Source: a virus. Taken from it: a stretch of DNA of 36,493 bases. Both the position numbers and the translations under genes were made by a program. Positions 1 through 5,956 of this stretch are shown here, in pieces. The DNA is taken from IMG/VR virus record IMGVR_UViG_3300021256_000040; one strand, given 5' to 3'. A model generated the notes under the pieces. The model saw only the letters and a program-made list of their open reading frames with translations. It made no database searches and was not told the DNA's origin. Numbering within the stretch: position 1 is the stretch's first letter; the number at the start of each line of letters is the position of its first letter.

Positions 1-127
1 CATATATATCGCAAGCAAAGAGATGATATCAAGAGCGTACTTGATGATATTGAGAAAAAGTAGGCCAAAAGTAGGCCAAAGCATTAAAAAGTACCATATA
101 TAAAGCACTTGCGTTTTTATCATTTAA
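1..127. repeat. Terminal direct repeat, exact copy of 36367..36493
   Basis: Compared base by base: 1..127 equals 36367..36493. Positions 1..63 duplicate the last 20 codons plus the stop of the integrase gene. Confidence 0.97.
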
Positions 128-309
128 TTATGAATTACTTAAAAATATCGCTAAAACACTAAAATATCGCTAAAAATCGTCAAAAAATAGTCAAAAATCG
201 TTATTTTGTTACATATAATTTTAAAAAAGTTGTCCAAAATGTGCCCACAAAAAAAGCAATACCTACATGCATTAAAAATTGTGATGATTGATTTCACCAC
301 AATTATTTT
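64..309. other. Candidate attP / integrase arm-site region (non-coding)
   Basis: AT-rich non-coding stretch directly downstream of the int stop (TAG at 61..63 = 36427..36429). It carries short direct repeats: TAGGCCAAA(A)G x2 at 61..81, AAAATATCGCTAAAA x2 at 142..156 and 161..175, and AAAAATCGT x2 at 172..180 and 193..201. A position just 3' of int is the usual attP location in Gram-positive temperate phages. The core site itself cannot be identified without a host sequence. Confidence 0.45.
274..304 (-). terminator. Rho-independent terminator of the accessory cassette
   Basis: The minus strand reads AATTGTGGTGA-AATCAA-TCATCACAATT followed by TTT. This is an 11-bp stem with one G-U pair and a 6-nt loop, starting 6 nt after the stop at 310..312. 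Confidence 0.6.
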
Positions 310-744
310 TTATTTTGATTCTTTCTTTATTAGTTTCTCGATCCATTCGGATTTTGAAACTCTATGCTCGAGCGCCTGTTTTTCAAGGATTTGAGCAACT
401 GGTTTTGAGAGACTGATGGTGGTTACTACCTTTTCGCCATCGTCTTCAACAGTGCCGAATAATTCCTCGTATTTATCGGCATCACAATTTTTTTCTACCC
501 AGTCTTTGGCATCGTTTAGGTCTAGCGGAGTGATTGCTTCTCCGCCGGACCACTCATTCTGTCCGACGGATTCACTGTATTTTGACATAGGTCCTCCAGT
601 GCCGTACAGAAAATATTCACCTGTACGCTTGCGGTACAACTCCTCATATACGTAATGGAAGTCTCTTGGATTTGAGTATTGATATTCGCCGACCAACTCT
701 GCCGTATCAGTATCATACTTCTTCCCTCTGATAATTTTTTTCAT
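310..744 (-). CDS. Hypothetical 144-aa protein with a C-terminal ribbon-helix-helix-like segment (accessory cassette gene 2)
   Basis: ATG at 744 with GGAGGA 7 nt upstream. The C-terminal VVTTISLSKPVAQILEKQALEHRVSKSEWIEKLIKK fits the strand-helix-helix pattern of CopG/Arc-type domains. I do not recognise the N-terminal ~100 aa. Confidence 0.75.
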   Translation of the reverse strand: MKKIIRGKKYDTDTAELVGEYQYSNPRDFHYVYEELYRKRTGEYFLYGTGGPMSKYSESVGQNEWSGGEAITPLDLNDAKDWVEKNCDADKYEELFGTVEDDGEKVVTTISLSKPVAQILEKQALEHRVSKSEWIEKLIKKESK

Positions 745-764
745 GGTTATTTCCTCCTCTTTTT

Positions 765-1070
765 TTAAACGCTTTCACTTTCCAAATCTTCTTCCAAATC
801 TCCCAACCATAGACAACCATCCTCTTTTTGAGCAACGTATTCTTCATATAACTCATCAAGCACTTCATTTTCCATTGCTTCTTCAATTGGCATATCGTCG
901 AAATGGTATGCGTTCTCGAAAGGATAAGATTCATGACGTGTCCACCGAATACCTACTTGTTCATCGCCAAAGTCAACGTACAGTGTGCCTTCTTGACATT
1001 TGATATAGCCATGCTCTTCATAATAGTAATGACCTTGACAAGCCTCTAAGAATTTTCTTTTCGACAACAT
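765..1070 (-). CDS. Hypothetical 101-aa strongly acidic protein (accessory cassette gene 1)
   Basis: ATG at 1070 with AGGAGG 8 nt upstream. There is a 20-nt gap to the next gene. The C-terminal half is rich in D/E (EEAMENEVLDELYEEY...DLEEDLESESV). No family recognised. Confidence 0.72.
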   Translation of the reverse strand: MLSKRKFLEACQGHYYYEEHGYIKCQEGTLYVDFGDEQVGIRWTRHESYPFENAYHFDDMPIEEAMENEVLDELYEEYVAQKEDGCLWLGDLEEDLESESV

Positions 1071-1112
1071 GATTTTTTCCTCCTGGGATGCTCTCCCTTA
1101 TCTCTATAAGTA

Positions 1113-1141
1113 TAATATACCTATTTTATTTATAAGTCAAT
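1113..1141 (-). promoter_or_regulatory. Sigma-70-like promoter of the accessory cassette
   Basis: The minus strand reads TTGACT (1141..1136), a 17-nt spacer, then TATTAT (1118..1113). It lies about 45 nt upstream of the ATG at 1070. Confidence 0.6.
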
Positions 1142-1228
1142 ACTTTTATATAGAAGTTTATACTTTTATTTAACAAAAAAATTTAACTTGCCTGTAACTT
1201 GCTATTTGCTTAAACCAAATAAGCATAG

Positions 1229-1262
1229 AAAAACCTATGTCAAAATTTGGCATAGGCTTTCT
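1229..1262. terminator. Terminator-like hairpin (secondary, bidirectional-looking)
   Basis: CCTATGTC (1234..1241) pairs with GGCATAGG (1249..1256), including one G-U, around a 7-nt loop. An A-run lies on one side and a T-rich run on the other. Confidence 0.4.
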
Positions 1263-1383
1263 TCCGACCCGAGGTCAATTTACATCCTTTTTCTAGACAA
1301 AGCGATATTGCAATTAAATTATAACATAAAAATTTGGATTTTGAAATTCATACGTTTGCCTACATATGCCTACATGAAGAAAA

Positions 1384-1420
1384 CAAAAAAATCGGGATGA
1401 CCGCTAAGGCCATCCCTTTT
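1384..1420. terminator. Strong bidirectional rho-independent terminator ending the late operon
   Basis: AAAAAAA, then GGGATGACC (1393..1401), loop GCTAA, GGCCATCCC (1407..1415), then TTTTT. The stem is 9 bp and GC-rich with one mismatch. The T-run on the minus strand follows the last late gene (stop at 1472). Confidence 0.8.
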
Positions 1421-1471
1421 TACTTGATAGAAAATAGTTGAACTTGGTTTTTAGAAACCAATAAAACACGA

Positions 1472-1762
1472 TCAAAATATATCCTCGGTAAGCTCGTATG
1501 TCTTTTCAAAAACACTAGGCTTGCAAGGATAGAACTCACCATCTACACCTTTGATGATGTAATCACCATAAGTCGCATAAATGCCCCCTTCCAATGTGCT
1601 AACATAAGCACCTTCAAGATAGCCATCTCTCCAAACCAACGTAAGATTACCTTTTGCAAACTCAATGATCTTGTCGCGGTTTTTGAAATTCAACTGCATG
1701 GCTTCAATGACGTAAGGTTTCTTGCGGTAGTGCAATGCCAAATCAATCACCCGACTTTCCAA
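1472..1762 (-). CDS. Small conserved phage protein of unknown function
   Basis: Contains YRKKPYVIEAMQ...GDYIIKG..GEFYPCKPSVFEKTYE, a pattern I recognise from small proteins common in Firmicutes phages. The start is uncertain: TTG at 1762 or GTG at 1750, both overlapping the endolysin stop at 1743..1745. Confidence 0.65.
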   Translation of the reverse strand: MESRVIDLALHYRKKPYVIEAMQLNFKNRDKIIEFAKGNLTLVWRDGYLEGAYVSTLEGGIYATYGDYIIKGVDGEFYPCKPSVFEKTYELTEDIF

Positions 1763-3503
1763 AAATGCTCAATAGCTTCTTCAAAAGATTGATCAATGTG
1801 CTTATAAGTACATTTAATTTTTTGACTTCCGATTCAGTATTTTTATCTTTTTGTGCGCTTTCTGTCTCATTTTGTGTATTATCTGCAATTTTAACCGTGT
1901 AACGGTCAAAATCAACATACATAGCATTTTTATCCAGGCCGATGCCAGAGTGCTTATCTACGGATGTGTACTGATGGATCGTGCCCATGCTTGACGTATC
2001 ACTATGATAGTCGCCGTCATTTGCATCCCATTGAGCTACCCACTTATCATACTGATCGAGCGTGCTGCTATTAAGCCAGTTTTTGAAGACCCAGGATGAC
2101 GAGTAGATACCAGTGTAGAAGCCGGCGCTTTGGGCACACTTGCAGAAGATCTCACACGTACGTAAGGCTCTTTCTTTTGCCCATGCGTTTCTTTTTTCCT
2201 TATACTTATCCTCGTCTTCCATATCGATCCACACGCCAAGTTCTGGTTTGTACTTTTTTGCCATCTCGATTGTATATCTAGCTTCCGCTTCTGCCTGATC
2301 GTCATCGATGGCATAGTCATAGCAGTACAGTCCATAAGGGATACCCGCCTTCTTGCATGCATCTACCCAGTGCTCAATCTTTTTATCCGCGATCTCGCCG
2401 TAGTTGCTTCTTAAGATCGCAAAGTCATAAGCACTTAGGTCGATGCCATCGGCATTGTGTTCCGATAGGTCAACGCCCCAGTGTTTGACATTGGACTCAT
2501 CAATTTCCGATTTTGAGGTCGGCGTCTGAGGATTCTTGGTATCTGTACTAGGTCCTCCAAAAGTGGCCCATTGATCAACACCGTATTTTTCTGACCCTGA
2601 TACAGCCACAAAGTATCTGTACTTATTGCCATTAGGTTCAGTTTCGACCCATGAGATATAACGATGACCATTACCAATCCATTTATTGGTATACGTTAGT
2701 TTCTTACCTGACTTTAAAGTTTCAACGACCATTCCGGTTGGTGTATCACGACGTTTATTAACATTTTGTGTAAGCGTGGCTACACCAACTTCATTGATCA
2801 ACTGTGATTCGCTATAGCCACTATTTGTAGCTTCATTGTTTGGTGCATAAACAAAATATCGATACTTGTTACCGTTTGGCTCTGTTTCGACCCAACTGAT
2901 ATATCGCAAATTATTGAAAGTAGTAACATTTGTATATGTTAACTTCTTTCCAGTTGGTAATGTTTCTGCAATAATTCCATTAGGTGAATCTCTACGTTTA
3001 TTAGTAGGAACGGTTAATGTATATGTTCCGTTTTCATTTGTTAACTTGACGCCAGCTAATTCTTTATGAATAAGATAACCACATAATCGTAAGTTGTTAT
3101 ATCCGTTAGGATAATACGATCCAGGCGCTTGGTACATTTTGTTTAAACGAAAATTAAATTCTTTATACGACGATTCCGAGATAGTAATTTTACCGTCGCT
3201 AATGCCTTCTACAACTGCTACATGGCCATAATAATAAGGCGCTACTCCACCGCTAAAAATAGCCAATGCTCCTAATACAGGTATTGATGATCTAGTATAT
3301 TCAGGTGCATAAGCATTCCATAATTGCGACGCACCAGATACTTTGTATCTATCCAAGGGTTGATTATGGCCTACAATTTCAGAAATACGTGCCGTTGCGT
3401 ATGTGAAGCAATTCGGCATGGCCACACCAGTCCGCGCCAATGCATATTGCATATACTGCGAACTGCCAAAATTTCCATATGATGTTCTAGGTGTAAAGCT
3501 CAT
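1743..3503 (-). CDS. Endolysin: N-terminal CHAP peptidase, two internal SH3b-like repeats, C-terminal GH25 muramidase plus an amphipathic tail helix
   Basis: ATG at 3503 with AAGGAG upstream. The CHAP Cys/His context is PNCFTYA ... YGHVAVVEG. Two ~65-aa repeats each end in the identical RYISWVETEPNGNKYRYFV. GH25-like motifs are GVDLSEHN, GIPYGLYCY, WIDMEDED and IHQYTS. The last ~30 aa are KKLNVLISTLINLLKKLLSIFGK. Confidence 0.92.
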   Translation of the reverse strand: MSFTPRTSYGNFGSSQYMQYALARTGVAMPNCFTYATARISEIVGHNQPLDRYKVSGASQLWNAYAPEYTRSSIPVLGALAIFSGGVAPYYYGHVAVVEGISDGKITISESSYKEFNFRLNKMYQAPGSYYPNGYNNLRLCGYLIHKELAGVKLTNENGTYTLTVPTNKRRDSPNGIIAETLPTGKKLTYTNVTTFNNLRYISWVETEPNGNKYRYFVYAPNNEATNSGYSESQLINEVGVATLTQNVNKRRDTPTGMVVETLKSGKKLTYTNKWIGNGHRYISWVETEPNGNKYRYFVAVSGSEKYGVDQWATFGGPSTDTKNPQTPTSKSEIDESNVKHWGVDLSEHNADGIDLSAYDFAILRSNYGEIADKKIEHWVDACKKAGIPYGLYCYDYAIDDDQAEAEARYTIEMAKKYKPELGVWIDMEDEDKYKEKRNAWAKERALRTCEIFCKCAQSAGFYTGIYSSSWVFKNWLNSSTLDQYDKWVAQWDANDGDYHSDTSSMGTIHQYTSVDKHSGIGLDKNAMYVDFDRYTVKIADNTQNETESAQKDKNTESEVKKLNVLISTLINLLKKLLSIFGKSGD

Positions 3504-3847
3504 GCTTTATCATCTCCTTTATTTTCAAGCTTTGTGATTCGACAACATGCACTATCTAAGTCTTTTTCTATTTGTCCTAACCTGAAATCATGTTCCATCT
3601 GCTTCTTTGTCATCTTCTCAATGTCGGACTTCATGCTTTTCAAATCAAGTCTTGTTTCACTTGAATCACGACATAGTGCATCAAGTTTGATGTTAGCTTT
3701 TACAACTCCTTCATTGGCTTTAGATACATCTTCTGCATCTTTTTTTGAGTTGTTTTTTATCGTAAAAATAATATTAACAATCAATCCTATAAAGGCCGCC
3801 GAAGAAAACAAAAATTCAAACGTCATACCGTCGTTTTGATTAATCAT
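3500..3847 (-). CDS. Membrane-anchored coiled-coil protein in the lysis cassette (possible holin accessory, XhlA-like)
   Basis: ATG at 3847 overlaps the holin stop (ATGA). It has one N-terminal hydrophobic helix (FLFSSAAFIGLIVNIIFTI) followed by a charged heptad-like region. It sits between the holin and the endolysin. Confidence 0.65.
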   Translation of the reverse strand: MINQNDGMTFEFLFSSAAFIGLIVNIIFTIKNNSKKDAEDVSKANEGVVKANIKLDALCRDSSETRLDLKSMKSDIEKMTKKQMEHDFRLGQIEKDLDSACCRITKLENKGDDKA

Positions 3848-4047
3848 CCGTCTACCTCAGGTAAGCCACCAAGGCTTGTAAGCAGTGATACCAATCCGGC
3901 CAAAAGGCTTGCAGATAGCACGACTTTCCAATCAACCGATTCAATCATTGTTGATGCACCGATTGTACCAACTGCCGTTTGGCATACTGTTTTAATAGCT
4001 CGTGTAAGTGATGCATCCCACCACTTTTTATTTTTTAATTTATCCAT
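3844..4047 (-). CDS. Holin (phi LC3 / Phage_holin_1-like)
   Basis: KWWDASLTRAIKTVCQTAVGTIGA ... VDWKVVLSASLLAGLVSLLTSLGGLPE is the typical small two-helix holin pattern. The ATG at 4047 has GAGGTG upstream; the ORF-track start at 4053 is a GTG. Confidence 0.8.
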   Translation of the reverse strand: MDKLKNKKWWDASLTRAIKTVCQTAVGTIGASTMIESVDWKVVLSASLLAGLVSLLTSLGGLPEVDG

Positions 4048-4092
4048 ATTCACCTCATAAAAAAAGGGCTATTGCTATCCCCTCGTAAAGAA

Positions 4093-4458
4093 TTAATTTG
4101 TAATCCATGTTGCTGATGCATTACGCTCAATGTTTCCGGTAGTTGTCGAAAAATCTCCGACACTTCCATCAGTGTTAATATACCATTTTCCGTTACCGTT
4201 TGTTGATGTACCTGATATGCCTGTATAATAGATTAATTGTTGCTCAATTGGTCTAAAACCTTCAGGTATCGTTGCTAAACCACTATTGTATCCACTTTTT
4301 GATACTGTGCCTGTCTGATTGATATTTGCATTAACAACATGTCCACTTTTCCATAATTTTATTGTTATACCATTGCTCGTTACTGTAGCCGTCTGCACAT
4401 CTATATCATCTTGTGTAATCACTTTATAAGCGGTTGATTCTGTCTTTGCATTTAACAT
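4093..4458 (-). CDS. Small tail-tip protein, candidate receptor-binding module (paralog A)
   Basis: 121 aa with an ATG start. The first 19 aa (MLNAKTESTAYKVITQDDI) are 11/19 identical to the neighbouring 126-aa protein. It lies just downstream of the BppU-like gene. Confidence 0.6.
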   Translation of the reverse strand: MLNAKTESTAYKVITQDDIDVQTATVTSNGITIKLWKSGHVVNANINQTGTVSKSGYNSGLATIPEGFRPIEQQLIYYTGISGTSTNGNGKWYINTDGSVGDFSTTTGNIERNASATWITN

Positions 4459-4501
4459 AATGCCACCGCCTTTTTGACAATTTCTACAAGGTCACTAAGA
4501 G

Positions 4502-4882
4502 TTAATGACCCCCCCGATTTACACCAATGATACTATCAATTGCGCATCCACCATTTACACTTTTCGATTCCCACTCTGCAACTTTGATTTGCATGCTTGT
4601 TCCTGATTGACTGTTAATTCCTACTTCTAAGTTCCGATAATCAGTAGACGACGAGTTAGTATACCATGTACCACCATGCTTTTTTGCGTAACACATTCTT
4701 TTGCTTTGAGAATTTCCACCAGTTACTAGAATAATCAGATAGTCAAAATTGGATGGGTCTTCGCTCAAAGTTACATCATGTGTATATGCGGTTTTTGTGC
4801 TTGAAGCAAGCAGTACGGTTTCTTTGATATCGCCTTGCTCCACTAATTTGTAGCTTGTACTTTCTGATTTTGCATTGATCAT
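4502..4882 (-). CDS. Small tail-tip protein, candidate receptor-binding module (paralog B)
   Basis: 126 aa. The ATG at 4882 overlaps the upstream stop (ATGA). The N-terminus MINAKSESTSYKLVEQGDI is shared with paralog A, but the remainder is unrelated. Confidence 0.6.
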   Translation of the reverse strand: MINAKSESTSYKLVEQGDIKETVLLASSTKTAYTHDVTLSEDPSNFDYLIILVTGGNSQSKRMCYAKKHGGTWYTNSSSTDYRNLEVGINSQSGTSMQIKVAEWESKSVNGGCAIDSIIGVNRGGH

Positions 4883-5061
4883 TGATTGCTATCTCCTTTC
4901 ACGACGACTTTCGTATTTCCTGACATTACAGCTTGTTGCCATTCAGAAATATCACTTACATTACTTAATGCCTGTCCAAAGTCATCAATAAATTTATTGT
5001 ATTTTTCTTGCCAATCACTTTCACCTTTGACAAGTTTGTAATTGCTTAAATCAAGTGCCAT
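4879..5061 (-). CDS. Hypothetical 60-aa tail-module protein
   Basis: ATG at 5061 with GGGAGG 9 nt upstream. It is translationally coupled to the next gene. Confidence 0.6.
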   Translation of the reverse strand: MALDLSNYKLVKGESDWQEKYNKFIDDFGQALSNVSDISEWQQAVMSGNTKVVVKGDSNQ

Positions 5062-5075
5062 GTTTTTTTACCTCC

Positions 5076-5942
5076 CTAGTTTAGCGTAATTTGCATGGAT
5101 TTGTTGCTTCCGTTAAAGACTGCTACCCAATGACCATCAGACGCTTTATTTACCTCTTTAAAAGTCATCGTAGAGCCGTCATCATCTTTGATTGAGTATC
5201 TAGATACGTAAATCGTGATATTGTTACGATCGTTACAAACCCACTGCAAATTAACATGTGTTATATCCGTACCACCACATGGACCAAATCCAAGTCCGGC
5301 CCCATACGAACCAATATATCCATCAACAGTTGGATATTTATTTAATCCATGATTGATTTTACATAACTCAATCATTGCCGATGTATCACCAGTTTCAAGT
5401 GCACTAATTCGTGATGATAGTTTAGCTGCATCGGTATCAGAAATATCAACAAAAGCTGATTTTGCTTTCTCGTACCAATACTTGGCATTGTCACTATCTT
5501 CGCCGTCACGTACACCAGTATTTCCGTGTGCCCATGATTCTGCCAATTTATAGCCTTGAGAAACCAACGTTTTTACTTCGGTTACTGCCGTTTCGTATGG
5601 GTCATTTACACGCTCATGTACTGATTTGTCAACATGCAAAACGAATGGATAGTAACTAACCATTTTAGTAGGATCAGTTGAATTATAGATGCTAATTTGT
5701 GCACGATAGTCACCATCCTTGAAAGTGATTTGTGTATCGACCTTAAAAGTGATAGTTTGACTGGTTGCATCAACAGTTACATCCGTACAGTGTAAGACAT
5801 TTCCGTTTGGTGTTTCTATATCAACCGTTGCTTCTTTGTTGGTCAACGCTTCAACTGTAGTAACTTCAACAACATAATCCGTATCGTATTGCATTAGCTT
5901 TACACTAAATTCTTCGTGTGACGATAAACTAATTTGTAGCAT
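5076..5942 (-). CDS. BppU-like baseplate upper / tail fibre protein
   Basis: The N-terminal beta-rich domain is followed by AESWAHGNTGVRDGEDSDNAKYWYEKAK, a motif I recognise from Gram-positive phage baseplate/fibre proteins. It lies after Dit, Tal and the tail lysin. AAGGAG RBS. Confidence 0.65.
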   Translation of the reverse strand: MLQISLSSHEEFSVKLMQYDTDYVVEVTTVEALTNKEATVDIETPNGNVLHCTDVTVDATSQTITFKVDTQITFKDGDYRAQISIYNSTDPTKMVSYYPFVLHVDKSVHERVNDPYETAVTEVKTLVSQGYKLAESWAHGNTGVRDGEDSDNAKYWYEKAKSAFVDISDTDAAKLSSRISALETGDTSAMIELCKINHGLNKYPTVDGYIGSYGAGLGFGPCGGTDITHVNLQWVCNDRNNITIYVSRYSIKDDDGSTMTFKEVNKASDGHWVAVFNGSNKSMQITLN

Positions 5943-5956
5943 TTCTCCACTCCTTT

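Noticed and set aside
142-202. Considered a miniature CRISPR-like array because of the repeated AAAATATCGCTAAAA.
   Set aside because: There are only two 15-nt copies separated by 4 nt, plus unrelated short repeats, and no cas genes. This is far more consistent with recombinase arm sites.
1188-1400. 70-aa plus-strand ORF in the gap between the late terminator and the accessory-cassette promoter.
   Set aside because: It has a TTG start, no RBS and no promoter that I could find, and its translation is basic and low-complexity. It simply runs until the terminator hairpin.
2036-2677. Alternative-frame minus-strand ORFs inside the endolysin gene (2036..2362, 2435..2677).
   Set aside because: The main frame carries continuous CHAP, SH3b-like and GH25 signatures. 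The alternative frames give Arg/Ser-rich low-complexity peptides.
2589-3041. Considered whether the endolysin internal repeats or the paralogous tail genes are template/variable repeats of a diversity-generating retroelement.
   Set aside because: No reverse transcriptase gene exists anywhere in the genome. The repeats differ mainly at synonymous sites rather than showing adenine-specific substitutions.
4054-4092. Possible terminator between the small tail genes and the holin (GGG...CCC followed by a T-run on the minus strand).
   Set aside because: Only a 3 to 4 bp GC stem with a ~10-nt loop can be drawn, which is too weak to call.
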